DNA of 63,894 bases, the filler included, from Candidatus Nezhaarchaeota archaeon WYZ-LMO8 (lineage in GTDB: Archaea > Thermoproteota > Methanomethylicia > Nezhaarchaeales > WYZ-LMO8), in the NCBI GenBank assembly GCA_004347965.1. It is 4 parts of 3 records of this genome, joined end to end, with 100 filler letters (N's around TTAATTAATTAA, not from the genome) between each part and the next. Parts side by side here need not be neighbours in the genome. Positions count along the whole stretch, not along the records: positions 1 to 18,894 come from QNVF01000002.1; 3 more parts are not named here. The stretch is one strand, 5' to 3'. This document shows positions 1-9,668 of the stretch, in pieces; positions within the stretch are counted from its first letter, which is position 1; each line of letters starts with the position of its first letter. The translations under genes and the position numbers were made by a program. Below the pieces are notes generated by a model. That model was not told the DNA's origin, did not search any database, and saw nothing but the letters and a program-made list of their open reading frames with translations.

Positions 1-2
1 AA

Positions 3-290
3 GCATTAGATGGTATGCTAAGCACTCTCTCAGATCCCTTATACGTTAGTGTTGATATCGACGTCTTAGACCCGGCATACGCACCCGGCGTTGCAACACC
101 AGAACCTCTTGGCTTTACACTTCAAGAACTACTAGACGGACTTTGGTACCTCAAGGATAGAGAAATCTTAGGCTTTGACGTTGTGGAAGTCTGTCCCCCT
201 TACGATAACGGGTCCACATGCATTTCAGCTTGCAAGATACTGATGGATCTATCAATAATGTCGCTGAGCAAACATAACCTTGTTGAATGA
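3..290 (+). CDS. speB: Agmatinase/arginase (ureohydrolase) family, 3' part only; frame is open from the window start
   Basis: SVDIDVLDPAYAPGVATPEPLG and FDVVEVCPPYD ureohydrolase motifs. Confidence 0.85.
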   Translation, partial: ALDGMLSTLSDPLYVSVDIDVLDPAYAPGVATPEPLGFTLQELLDGLWYLKDREILGFDVVEVCPPYDNGSTCISACKILMDLSIMSLSKHNLVE

Positions 291-501
291 TCTGGGGCAA
301 TACTAAGTTGCTTAGTAAAAGACCATTTAGTGTTAGGTTTTTCACGATTTCTTTTTCAAAGGAAAGCGCACTTTTATGTTATGAACTAAGTTATTGATTA
401 ACGCTTTATCGAGGAATAATGAGCCAACTGTCTTTCTATACTTAGGATAATCTTTATAAACTCACTTATCCTTCACTCCTAGAAGGAGCTGATAGGAGTT
501 A

Positions 502-810
502 ATGAATGAAACTTGCCCTGTATGCGGGCTACCAAGAGACTTATGCGTTTGTGAAGCTATTGATCGCGAACAACAGTTCATAAGGATATACATTGAAAAG
601 CGCAAGTGGGGTCGTGAGGTTACAGTCATTGAGGGTATTAGTGAGAAAAGCTACGACCTAAAGAGTATAGCTGGTAAACTTAAGTCTGCTTGTGCTTGTG
701 GGGGGACAGCGAAGAACGGGAAAATAGAGCTACAAGGTGATCATAGGCATAAAGCTAGGGAAGTGCTCGTTGAGATGGGTTTCCCACCCGAAAACATAAG
801 CGTTGAGTAG
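502..810 (+). CDS. Translation initiation factor aIF-1 (SUI1/YciH)
   Basis: CPVCGLP..LCVC N-terminus; [19 protein letters not shown]. Confidence 0.95.
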   Translation: MNETCPVCGLPRDLCVCEAIDREQQFIRIYIEKRKWGREVTVIEGISEKSYDLKSIAGKLKSACACGGTAKNGKIELQGDHRHKAREVLVEMGFPPENISVE

Positions 811-852
811 GACTTCTAGATACGGTCAGGTTAGGAAGGAGTTGCTAGACGA

Positions 853-1377
853 TTACTGATACTTGTCACATCTAGTAACTATCTCTCTTAACCTTTCAAC
901 TCCTTTCACTCTTTTTATCACCTCAGCCACGGGTCTTGGCACATAGCTTTCCCAACTGTCACCCTCAATCATTAGCTTTCGAATGTATGTTGCATCGTAC
1001 TTATCACGCATGAATAGCGGTATCTCTCTCACCTCAATCCCGCTTTCTATGAATAGTCTTCTGGTTAACGGAGAATTCGTGTACACTCTTGAGAATGAAG
1101 GACAGTACTGCTTTACTACTTGAACCCAAAGAGCATGTTGCCCAATGTCTGGGATCGGGATGATCAAACATCTATTCGTCAATCCTTCCTCCTCAAGTGT
1201 TGCTAGAATCATCTCTACTCTTTCACCGGCTGTGAATGGATTCTCAAAAGTGTGGCTATACTGAGCGGATCCTATGCCAACTATCAGTCTCTCCTCTCTT
1301 TCTAGTATCCACTTGGTGGCAGCTAAGTGGCCCAAGTGGTATGGCTGAAATCTGCCGATGAATAAAGCAAACGGCAT
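853..1377 (-). CDS. nadM: Nicotinamide-nucleotide adenylyltransferase
   Basis: FIGRFQPYHLGH, GIGSAQYSH..ENPFTAGER. Confidence 0.95.
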   Translation of the reverse strand: MPFALFIGRFQPYHLGHLAATKWILEREERLIVGIGSAQYSHTFENPFTAGERVEMILATLEEEGLTNRCLIIPIPDIGQHALWVQVVKQYCPSFSRVYTNSPLTRRLFIESGIEVREIPLFMRDKYDATYIRKLMIEGDSWESYVPRPVAEVIKRVKGVERLREIVTRCDKYQ

Positions 1378-1480
1378 AATTCATCACGTGACAGCTTTGT
1401 GAGCTTAGAGCTTTGCTTTAAAGTTAACTCTTTACAGGACAAGACACGTCGACATCAAAACCTTGTTCTTGAGCCGCACA

Positions 1481-2254
1481 TTAAACCGGTGGTAGCAAAG
1501 CTTCTCCAGGTCTTATCGACTTGAGCATGTTGAGCAACTCTTGCTGTGAAGGGGCTTTTGATATTGCTAGGGGCACTCCCTCGTTCTTTGCTATAGTAAC
1601 TGCTAGTTTATCTATGGTCTTAGCTCCATGAAGTACTATTAAACCTGGCTTTAAATTACCTAGACCAGCTTGCATAGCCTTGAGGGCTACTAGTGGAGAC
1701 CTTCCTGTACTAACTCTAACAAATATTGCAGCTCTCTGAGATGTTGAACCATAAAGCTTCAGATAATCGCTAGAAGGGACTTCTAAGACCAGCTTTATGC
1801 TATCGACGACTGTATAGCCGAAGAGAGGCTTAAAGTCAACTTCATTGCCTACAACAAGCTCTGCTTTAATTTTTTCACAAAAATCTCCTATGCTTATTGG
1901 CTCAACGAAGTCCCTTATATCGATTATTGCTCCACGTAATGCCTCAGACCCTGTATAGAGTCTCTTCAATGGTTCTGTTATCCTACCTCCTCTCTCCTCA
2001 TCTATCTTAATGAGGGCTGATACGACCTTTCTTATAAAGCCTATTCCAGGAGACTTCCTCCTTCCACTCTCGTAATCGGATATGACTGAGGGAGAGACCT
2101 TCAGGTAGTGAGCAAGCTCTGTCGTAGAAACCATGAATCTTTGACGCCAGCTTCTAAGAGCTTGTCCTACGTTGTCTGAAAATACTATTTCGCCTGCTAT
2201 TCTCACAGCTAACTCTTTCTGACTTGTAGTTAACTTTATTCCAGTAGTCATCAC
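1481..2254 (-). CDS. Archaeal XRE-type HTH regulator (COG1709-like)
   Basis: IAGEIVFS..G.ALR.WR, SPSVISDYESGRRKSPG, VSTGRSPLVA. Confidence 0.85.
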   Translation of the reverse strand: MMTTGIKLTTSQKELAVRIAGEIVFSDNVGQALRSWRQRFMVSTTELAHYLKVSPSVISDYESGRRKSPGIGFIRKVVSALIKIDEERGGRITEPLKRLYTGSEALRGAIIDIRDFVEPISIGDFCEKIKAELVVGNEVDFKPLFGYTVVDSIKLVLEVPSSDYLKLYGSTSQRAAIFVRVSTGRSPLVALKAMQAGLGNLKPGLIVLHGAKTIDKLAVTIAKNEGVPLAISKAPSQQELLNMLKSIRPGEALLPPV

Positions 2255-2318
2255 TGGACACTAAATCATTAATACAACATGTTTTTAGCTCTTCTCGTTT
2301 ACAAGAAATTAGAACCTA

Positions 2319-3038
2319 ATGAGCGTATTAGAGGAGAAAGCACGAGCATTAATTAAGAGCGTCATTGAAACCTACGAATCTATAGCTGAAGGCTTTTCTG
2401 CTACTCGTAAGTCTCCTTGGATTGAAGTGCTTAAGCCATTAGGAGATGTGCTCGGGAAAACGGTTCTAGACGTTGGTTGTGGAAATGGAAGGCACTTGCT
2501 AATACTTGCCAAGAGGGCATCCACAGTAGTGGGTATAGATCCCTCAAGAAACCTCATTAAAATAGCCAAGACGAGAATAAATAAGCTTAGGCTTGTTGAT
2601 AGAGCAATGCTCGTGATAGCTGACGCGCTCTTCATGCCATTTAGGCGGGCAAGCTTCGACAGCATAATCTGCATAGCTGTTATACATCACATACCAACTA
2701 AGAAGCTAAGGCGAAGAGCCATCATCGAAATAGCTGAGACTTTAAAAAACAATGGATTGGTGGTCATATCAGCTTGGTATAGATGGCAGAGAAGGCTCCT
2801 ACTCGAAGTACTGAAGAGTTTTTTCTTGAAGTTAGTGAATAAGGTCTTCGAGTTTGGAGATACTTACATGCCATGGAGCTCTAGAGGAATGAAGTACAAA
2901 AGATTTTACCACCTCTTCACCCTGAAGGAAATGGAGGACCTCTTAAATCACAGCCAACTTGAAATCCAAGGTCTGAAGCTCGTAGCTATTGGAAGTAGGC
3001 GATGGATGAACGTTGTGGCTACAGCCATTAAGCGTTAA
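2319..3038 (+). CDS. Class I SAM methyltransferase, Trm9/ALKBH8-like (probable tRNA methyltransferase)
   Basis: VLDVGCGNGRH; AVIHHIP; RFYHLFT..E. Confidence 0.75.
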   Translation: MSVLEEKARALIKSVIETYESIAEGFSATRKSPWIEVLKPLGDVLGKTVLDVGCGNGRHLLILAKRASTVVGIDPSRNLIKIAKTRINKLRLVDRAMLVIADALFMPFRRASFDSIICIAVIHHIPTKKLRRRAIIEIAETLKNNGLVVISAWYRWQRRLLLEVLKSFFLKLVNKVFEFGDTYMPWSSRGMKYKRFYHLFTLKEMEDLLNHSQLEIQGLKLVAIGSRRWMNVVATAIKR

Positions 3039-3078
3039 CACTAATAACAACCCCTAACATATCACTAAGTGAAGTAGT

Positions 3079-3726
3079 ATGCCTATAGAGATAAGGTGGC
3101 ATGGTCATGCATGTTTTGAAGTAAAGAATCACGTGGCTCTAGTAGTAGATCCGCATGATGGTACATCCATTGGATTGAAGCCTCCATCAGCTAAAGCAGA
3201 CATAGTTTTGATATCTCACAAGCACTTCGATCACGCTGATGGGCTGCCCTACGTCAAGAAGAATGGCACCGTAGTGATAGATAAACCAGGAAACTATGAG
3301 GTTAAGGGGGTAAAAATAGTAGGTATACCCACTTATCACGATGAATCTAGAGGAGCTAAGCGGGGATCTAACATCGTATACCTCTTCGAGATTGATGGAA
3401 TAAGATTCTGTCATTTAGGTGACTTAGGCCACGTGTTGAGCGAAGAGCAAGCTCGTTTCTTAAGGCCAGTAGACGTCCTCATGATCCCGGTAGGTGGTAC
3501 CTTCACCATAGATGCGAGGCAAGCAAACGATGTGATAAAGCAGCTTTCACCTCGATTAGTAATACCCATGCACTTCAAGATACCTGGGCTTAACTTACCA
3601 ATAACAAGTGTTGAGAGCTTCATAGCGGGTAAGGAGAATGTGGAGCGTGTACCATCGAATACGTATAGATTATCTAGAGAGATCATTCCAGCCAAGTTAA
3701 AGATAGTGGTATTAAGCCCTCCCTAG
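3079..3726 (+). CDS. MBL-fold metallo-hydrolase
   Basis: WHGHACF, SHKHFDH, HLGDLG, PVGG, IPMHF. Confidence 0.9.
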   Translation: MPIEIRWHGHACFEVKNHVALVVDPHDGTSIGLKPPSAKADIVLISHKHFDHADGLPYVKKNGTVVIDKPGNYEVKGVKIVGIPTYHDESRGAKRGSNIVYLFEIDGIRFCHLGDLGHVLSEEQARFLRPVDVLMIPVGGTFTIDARQANDVIKQLSPRLVIPMHFKIPGLNLPITSVESFIAGKENVERVPSNTYRLSREIIPAKLKIVVLSPP

Positions 3727-3776
3727 CCTTACTCAACTATTAAGCCCTCTTTCTCCTACTTTTTAATCCCAGCAAT

Positions 3777-3797
3777 AAAGCTTAAATAAGCTCTAAG
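3777..3797 (+). promoter_or_regulatory. Probable BRE/TATA promoter of the mtrE operon with AGCT-N6-AGCT pseudo-palindrome
   Basis: AAAGCTTAAATAAGCTCTAAG about 50 nt upstream of mtrE; GAGGTGA RBS follows. Confidence 0.55.
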
Positions 3798-3844
3798 TTC
3801 ACTTTTCGACGGCTTAACGTGCAAATTAGAGGTGAGCATGGAAA

Positions 3845-4789
3845 ATGGATCCATCATTCGTCCTCTTGGTACTATTGGGAATCTTCGCTTTAATAGTGCT
3901 ACTGATAACTATAGGAGAGTGGTTCGAGGACATAGAGTCGGACATGGGTTCTCAAAGCAATCCAAATTCGCAGGTGCAGCTGGCACCTCAAGTGGGGGTC
4001 CTACATAGGCTCTTCAACAAGGCTATATCAGGCGAACCAGTGTCGCAGGGACTTAATGGCGTTATAGGAGCAACGCTCTTCACGATACTATGGTGGGGGC
4101 TTAAATGGCACCCAGTACTTGCTATAGCTATTGCAGCCGCTATAACAACGTTGTTTCACATGTCACTAGCAACAACAGCTCATGTAGGAAGAATAACGAG
4201 TGCAAACGTTTTTGGTCAACCTCTCTATTACGATGTAATCATAACTCAGTTGCCATTAATAGCCAGTCACGCCTTCATACTAACGTCAGCCCTAATAGCA
4301 GTCTCGTACCTCTTCTACAACGTTTTCTTCGCAACTATAACTATAGGTCCTGAGACGAGCATAACTCTTGGACAGTACTTAGGCTATCCAATAGCAATAC
4401 CCCTACTCGGTTTGCTCTTAGGTATAACAGCAGGTGCTATTGGTAGTTCGACTGGTGATGTGCACTATGGTGCTGAAAGAGAATTTCAACATGCACCTTA
4501 CGGAGAGGGGGTGCCTATGGGGCTTCATGGATACATCACGGTCAAGGCTGAGGTGGGCTATCGAATGAGCATGGATGTTGCATACTTCTGCGCTAAATAT
4601 GGGGGACCACTTACAGGCTTCACTTACGGAATGATAATACTACTAGACAACCTTCGGCTATTCATTGGAAACATCATGAATAACGTGGTGGTGAACGTCG
4701 CTATAGGTGCTACAATACTCGTCATCCTCATAATCTTCAACAGATACCTTGAGAGGTGGGCTAGAAATAAGTTTGGACCTTACAGTTAG
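3845..4789 (+). CDS. mtrE: H4MPT S-methyltransferase subunit E
   Basis: EDIESDMGSQSNPNSQVQLAPQ, HRLFNKAISGEP, AIGSSTGDVHYGAERE, FCAKYGGPLTG. Confidence 0.97.
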   Translation: MDPSFVLLVLLGIFALIVLLITIGEWFEDIESDMGSQSNPNSQVQLAPQVGVLHRLFNKAISGEPVSQGLNGVIGATLFTILWWGLKWHPVLAIAIAAAITTLFHMSLATTAHVGRITSANVFGQPLYYDVIITQLPLIASHAFILTSALIAVSYLFYNVFFATITIGPETSITLGQYLGYPIAIPLLGLLLGITAGAIGSSTGDVHYGAEREFQHAPYGEGVPMGLHGYITVKAEVGYRMSMDVAYFCAKYGGPLTGFTYGMIILLDNLRLFIGNIMNNVVVNVAIGATILVILIIFNRYLERWARNKFGPYS

Positions 4790-4798
4790 AGGTGATGA

Positions 4799-5602
4799 TT
4801 GATGATAGGTCTCGACGTCATGATAATCATATTAATTATGATAGCAGTAGGTGGGGTGCTGATATGTGCGGGAGTCTTCTTCATGCCTGTTGGTGGAGCA
4901 CCAGCAGCGATGAGCACAGCGACTGGAATAGCTACTGGATGCGAGATGATGGCCGCGGGGGCTGGCATAACCGGTCTCCTAATGTCAGCCGCACTCTATG
5001 GTCAACCATCGTACATAGTTATACTTAATGCTGGCATAAGCTCAGCTATAATGATGTGTATAACCATGCTTGTAGCAAACTTCATTGTAATCTTTGGTAA
5101 AGGAGTACCTCCAGCACTTGCAACAGTCGAGAAAGATCCGGTGACTAAGGAGAACGTTAAGCCATTTGTTACACCAGGAACTGTGGGTCATGGAGTTCCG
5201 ACAGCAAGCTACGTTAGTGGCTTCATAGGTGCCTTCCTTGGAGGGATTGGTGGAGCCTTAACCTTCATACCAATATTAAGGGTGGCACTAAGCATTAGTC
5301 AAGGGCAAACTTTAAATGTTAATGTACTACTCGGTGCTTTCACAGTTAATGCAGGGCATCAGCACGTCCCCCTCTTCGTTCTTGCAGGTATATGTGCTTT
5401 ATCCATGTACTTCATAAATGCAAACATAGCTGCTTACAGCATTAGAGGGGTTATAGAGGGCTGGTGGGATCCGAAGTTCAAGAGACTACCTAAAACTGCT
5501 ATAACATGCTTTGTAGCTTCACTGGTATTTGGTATGCTTGCCCTTCTATTACTGAACAGCGAAGCCTTCATAACCGTTTTGAAAATGGTGAGAGGTGGTT
5601 AG
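4799..5602 (+). CDS. mtrD: H4MPT S-methyltransferase subunit D (start may be ATG 4802)
   Basis: FMPVGGAPAAM, KDPVT, TPGTVGHGVPT, EGWWDPKFKRLP. Confidence 0.95.
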   Translation: MMIGLDVMIIILIMIAVGGVLICAGVFFMPVGGAPAAMSTATGIATGCEMMAAGAGITGLLMSAALYGQPSYIVILNAGISSAIMMCITMLVANFIVIFGKGVPPALATVEKDPVTKENVKPFVTPGTVGHGVPTASYVSGFIGAFLGGIGGALTFIPILRVALSISQGQTLNVNVLLGAFTVNAGHQHVPLFVLAGICALSMYFINANIAAYSIRGVIEGWWDPKFKRLPKTAITCFVASLVFGMLALLLLNSEAFITVLKMVRGG

Positions 5603-5603
5603 A

Positions 5604-6431
5604 ATGAGTGAAATTAAGAAGGTCACGATAGATCCCACCAAGCTAATGATCGTAGGCTTAGCATGCGGCTTAGTAGGAGCGTACTTAGGTGCTATTCGAA
5701 GTGAAGTTGCTGGATTATTAGCAGGTATACTGGCAGTACCGGTCATAGTTTGGGGTGCTGACACTGTTAGGAGAATAGCCAGCTATGGCTTAGGTACGGG
5801 TGTTCCATCTATTGGCAATTTATCGTCGAGTATGGGATTACTCGCTGCACTCGTTGGTTTAGCGTATCAACCAGTAATCGGAGTAATCCTTGCAGCTGTA
5901 GCAGGCGTAGTCTATGGAGCTTTCGTGGCTAGGTTCAAGATACTTGAGATACCAAGGCTTCCAAGGTACACAACTGAGTTAGCCATGGCAGCCAGTCTTG
6001 CCTTGATGTGCTTGGCTAGCTGTGTTATTGGTTACTACAATCCAATACCCGAATCAGGCTTCCTTGCCCCTACAAGCAACTTTGAGAACATCTTCAAAGC
6101 ACTCTTTGTAACAGGCTTTGTGGCAGCTATCTTCTGGATAACTAGCGTGGCTATGCTACATCCATTTAACGCCGGTCTTGGAGTAGGTGAAAGACAAGGC
6201 AGGACCTTGAAGATAGCAGTCGTTACAGGGGGCATGGCGTTAACACTAGCTGGAATAGCTAGAATAGGTTACTTAACCATATTTGGTGCATCAACACAGC
6301 TCTACATTGCCTACGCTACTTTAGCAGCTGGAGTAGTTGTGTGGGCAGGAGGGCTCGTAGCGTTTCTAAGAACAGCTATAAGAGAAGCTGCGAGTGCTGT
6401 ATGGACTGGTATACCTCCAAAGAAGAAGTAG
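5604..6431 (+). CDS. mtrC: H4MPT S-methyltransferase subunit C
   Basis: VWGADTVRRIASYGLGTGVPSIG, LHPFNAGLG; GAGGTG RBS before ATG 5604. Confidence 0.95.
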   Translation: MSEIKKVTIDPTKLMIVGLACGLVGAYLGAIRSEVAGLLAGILAVPVIVWGADTVRRIASYGLGTGVPSIGNLSSSMGLLAALVGLAYQPVIGVILAAVAGVVYGAFVARFKILEIPRLPRYTTELAMAASLALMCLASCVIGYYNPIPESGFLAPTSNFENIFKALFVTGFVAAIFWITSVAMLHPFNAGLGVGERQGRTLKIAVVTGGMALTLAGIARIGYLTIFGASTQLYIAYATLAAGVVVWAGGLVAFLRTAIREAASAVWTGIPPKKK

Positions 6432-6443
6432 GAGGTGTGAATC

Positions 6444-6812
6444 TTGTCGACCATAATAATATCGCCTGAGCTTAACGTGATACTCGATGCAGAGAACAAG
6501 ATAGTTGGTGAAGCTAGAACGGACGTTGCTATATTAGATGTCTCAGTGCTAGAAAAGAAGATAGCTGAACTAGAGTTATTAGCTGACGAACTCGTTAACT
6601 CGCTTAACCCGAAGACGGCTCCGTTAATCTCGACGAGACCAAGGAGAGAAGGTCTATACCTTAAAGCCGGATTTCTATCAAACATGGTTATGGGTTTCCT
6701 AATTGGTCTAGCAATATTTAGCTTAAGCGTAGTAACGTACTTTGCCTTAACAGGTCAGGTAGCTATGTTAAAAGAAATAATAAGCAAGTTTGTTCCCCCG
6801 TCTTTACCTTAA
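6444..6812 (+). CDS. mtrB: H4MPT S-methyltransferase subunit B
   Basis: ISPE.N..LD, LE..ADEL.NSLNP, P.REG.Y..AG..SN...GF.IGL; operon position. Confidence 0.9.
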   Translation: MSTIIISPELNVILDAENKIVGEARTDVAILDVSVLEKKIAELELLADELVNSLNPKTAPLISTRPRREGLYLKAGFLSNMVMGFLIGLAIFSLSVVTYFALTGQVAMLKEIISKFVPPSLP

Positions 6813-6824
6813 CGAGGTGAAAAA

Positions 6825-7598
6825 GTGGTTATGACAACCACTGAAAAAGATAAGGTTAAGGTTGAACCTGCGCCTGGCTGGCCAATAGCAACGGGAGATT
6901 ACGTAGTTGGAGACCCAAAAGGGTGCATCGCTATATGCACTTTAGCGTCTGAGGGAATTTATGCACCACTAGCAAAGCTACCTGGTGTCGCTATAGCAGG
7001 GCCATGTAAAACCGAGAACATTGGTCTGGAGAAGATAGTGGTTAACATAATATCGAATCCAAACATTAGGTTCTTAATAGTATGCGGAATCGAAGTAACA
7101 GGTCACGTAACGGGGGGATCATTTAAAGCTCTGTACGAGAACGGCGTAGACCCATCTACCAAGAAAATCAAGAACGCACCAGGGGCAATACCGTACGTTG
7201 AGCACTTGACTGTTGAGGCTGTTGAACGTTTTCAAAAGCAGGTACAATTTATAGATATGATAGGGATCGAGGACGTAGAGAGTATCAAGTTGAAGGTGGA
7301 AGAGCTAGTTGCGCAAGATCTGGGGGCCTATCCAGAGCCGCCACTCATATTAGAGCTTGAGAAGAAGGAGATTAGAGAGTTAGCAGTGCCCCTACCACCA
7401 TTAGCTCCCACAATCTTACCATCAATTTCAACGCTAGCAACACTTATAGACGACATTAAGTATAGGGTACAGTTAATAGGAAGGGAGAGAAGACTTACAA
7501 CAGCTGTAGGAACTATGAGAGCTTGGGGAATTATAGCTGGGATGGCACTAGCCTTAGCCATCCTTGGCTTATTAGCCATCATGTCCTTAATCTCATGA
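6825..7598 (+). CDS. mtrA: MtrA cobamide-binding domain fused to an MtrF-like stalk/TM helix
   Basis: GWP...GDY.VGDP, GPCKTENIGLEK, NPNIRFLIVCG.EV.GH (His ligand); C-terminus DDIKYRVQLIGRERRL is MtrF-like. Confidence 0.93.
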   Translation: MVMTTTEKDKVKVEPAPGWPIATGDYVVGDPKGCIAICTLASEGIYAPLAKLPGVAIAGPCKTENIGLEKIVVNIISNPNIRFLIVCGIEVTGHVTGGSFKALYENGVDPSTKKIKNAPGAIPYVEHLTVEAVERFQKQVQFIDMIGIEDVESIKLKVEELVAQDLGAYPEPPLILELEKKEIRELAVPLPPLAPTILPSISTLATLIDDIKYRVQLIGRERRLTTAVGTMRAWGIIAGMALALAILGLLAIMSLIS

Positions 7599-7617
7599 GG
7601 CTCTTGGGGTGCGTGAA

Positions 7618-7824
7618 ATGTCTAAAAGACCTAGAGAGGCTTATACGGCTGAAGTTGCCTACTTTGAGGCTAGGATTAACGATATAAAAACGAGGATCCA
7701 AATGATAGGAGAGAAGAATAGATTTGCAGCAGGTTTTTATGCAGGCTTCGTCAGGGGCTTCATGATTGGAGTAATAGTATCAATAGCACTACTTACGATA
7801 ATATTAACTATCCTCCCCCTATAA
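7618..7824 (+). CDS. Stand-alone Mtr stalk/TM subunit resembling the MtrA C-terminal anchor (occupies the mtrF position)
   Basis: EARINDIKTRIQMIGEKNRFAAGFYAGFVRGFMIG; GGGGTG RBS before ATG 7618. Confidence 0.8.
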   Translation: MSKRPREAYTAEVAYFEARINDIKTRIQMIGEKNRFAAGFYAGFVRGFMIGVIVSIALLTIILTILPL

Positions 7825-7835
7825 GAGGTGATGAT

Positions 7836-8066
7836 GTGTCATTGAAAAATGAAGAAGAAATTAAGATACCGATAGTCATAGCGCCGTCAGAGATCTCCCA
7901 ACTATACTCGAAACTTGATGCGATAGATGAGAAGGTAGACTTTGTGCTCGGCGAAGTAGCTCAGAAAGAAGGTTTAAGGTTGGGTGGTCACATAGGCTTC
8001 CTTTATGGCTTCCTAACAGGATCTATGATAATGCTGATACTAAAATTCTTACTTCACCTATTATGA
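7836..8066 (+). CDS. mtrG: H4MPT S-methyltransferase subunit G
   Basis: KLDAIDEKVDFVLGEVAQKEG..LG..IGFLYG. Confidence 0.92.
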   Translation: MSLKNEEEIKIPIVIAPSEISQLYSKLDAIDEKVDFVLGEVAQKEGLRLGGHIGFLYGFLTGSMIMLILKFLLHLL

Positions 8067-8170
8067 GCGTAATCAGTACAACTAATTGAGGAGACAATGC
8101 AAGTTTGACCTCATTTGTCTCGCATAATCTTGTTTATTTCTTCTTCATGGCTTCAAGTAAGACTTTGTGT

Positions 8171-9655
8171 TTACTGCTTCTTTCTATTCCTTTGAAGTTC
8201 TATTCTTAGACTCAGTATACAACCCATACCTCTGTTACCACCCAAAGGATTATGAGGGGTACCCAGTGAATGCATGCACCTTGCCATTACGTTAGCCCCT
8301 AAAGCTAAGCCATCTTCGACGAATACTACTCTTCTATTAATGTCGTCTTCAAACAATCCGAGGTCATGTACGCATTTAAGTATTAAGTATGGTTTTAAGC
8401 CCGTAGTTCCAGATCGACCAGTTATCCCTATGGTGTATTTGCTGTCCACCAGCCCCTCTCTCATTAGCACCTCTAGTACCCTTCTAACTATTATCGCTGA
8501 GACATAATCCAGTACGAGTAAAAGGGTGTTACCTCCAAATTGAGTGTAAATCTCTTGACCCAATGATCGGAGCTTAGGCAAGTTGCTTCCATTATCTCCA
8601 GCATCACATCCAATTAATACCACTCCTTGTTCATATGCCGACTTAGCATTGACTGGGACAGTGCCTATGCGTGTTGTGGATGGAGGAACCTTGTCTATGT
8701 TTATGTATTTGTGAACCTCATAAGCTAGCTCTTCACACTCCTTGATGCTCTTCACCTTCTCATGTTTAACCTTTTGAGAAAACTCTAAAGCTGATGTCGT
8801 TACCTGCGTACCTTGAATTAGTGAATCACAAATAGCTCCTGAAAGTCCGCATATACTCCCTATGGTCTTAGCGTAAGGCAACTCATCATTTGTAACCCTA
8901 CCCTTAAAAGTTGTTCCAAAGTCCATTGAGACCATGGGGTTTCTACAGTCAATGTCAGTCCACTTAGCTCCAATCTTTATACCAGCTGTTGAAAGCTCAG
9001 CCTCCATTTCATTAGCCATTATCTCTCCTCTGCTTCGAGGAGGTAGACAGCCGGCAACTGCTCCATCGAAGTAGACTTCGTCAAGCTTTGAGTAATCTCT
9101 CAATCTTTCGATCAAGAAATCCTTGGATAAAGGGGCAACCATTTTTGATGGATCTATACCGGCGATCAGACAGCCTCTGGCTAAACCTCTTATAACGGCT
9201 CCAACCTCTTCTGGACTTCCAAAGCTAGCACTTACTCCAGTAGATCGTACCACGAAGTGTAGATCTCTATCTTTGTCTATCTTAGCTTCCTCGACACAAG
9301 TCAGAAGTACATCTCTAATGAACTCAGCCACAGCTTCCTCGCTCAACACTTTACCCCATAAAGTAGAGCCTATGATCTGCTCGCCAGGTAAAGGATCTCT
9401 AATCTCTCTCGTAAGCCTAACAACTTTCCTAACTAAGTACACTTTCCCACTTTTAAGATCCGTAGCCGTTATGATGCACTTAGTGGTCGTGTTACCTAAC
9501 TCAACTGATGCAACAGTAAAAAGTGCGGGAGGCGATGATTGAGGACCTATTCCTTGGAGTAGCATTATGTTCGTGATATCGATGAACGTGCTTTGAGCAA
9601 TTCGAGGGTTATACCTGTTAAGCTTCCAAATCCTTGATAGCTTTGTTATCATCAC
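8171..9655 (-). CDS. Methanogenesis marker protein 14 (DUF2114)
   Basis: VASVELGNTTTKCI, FVVRSTGV, ANEMEAEL, MDFGTTFKG, DGLALGA.VMARCM.SLGTP.NPLGG. Confidence 0.9.
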   Translation of the reverse strand: MMITKLSRIWKLNRYNPRIAQSTFIDITNIMLLQGIGPQSSPPALFTVASVELGNTTTKCIITATDLKSGKVYLVRKVVRLTREIRDPLPGEQIIGSTLWGKVLSEEAVAEFIRDVLLTCVEEAKIDKDRDLHFVVRSTGVSASFGSPEEVGAVIRGLARGCLIAGIDPSKMVAPLSKDFLIERLRDYSKLDEVYFDGAVAGCLPPRSRGEIMANEMEAELSTAGIKIGAKWTDIDCRNPMVSMDFGTTFKGRVTNDELPYAKTIGSICGLSGAICDSLIQGTQVTTSALEFSQKVKHEKVKSIKECEELAYEVHKYINIDKVPPSTTRIGTVPVNAKSAYEQGVVLIGCDAGDNGSNLPKLRSLGQEIYTQFGGNTLLLVLDYVSAIIVRRVLEVLMREGLVDSKYTIGITGRSGTTGLKPYLILKCVHDLGLFEDDINRRVVFVEDGLALGANVMARCMHSLGTPHNPLGGNRGMGCILSLRIELQRNRKKQ

Positions 9656-9668
9656 TAAGTCCTCGTAT

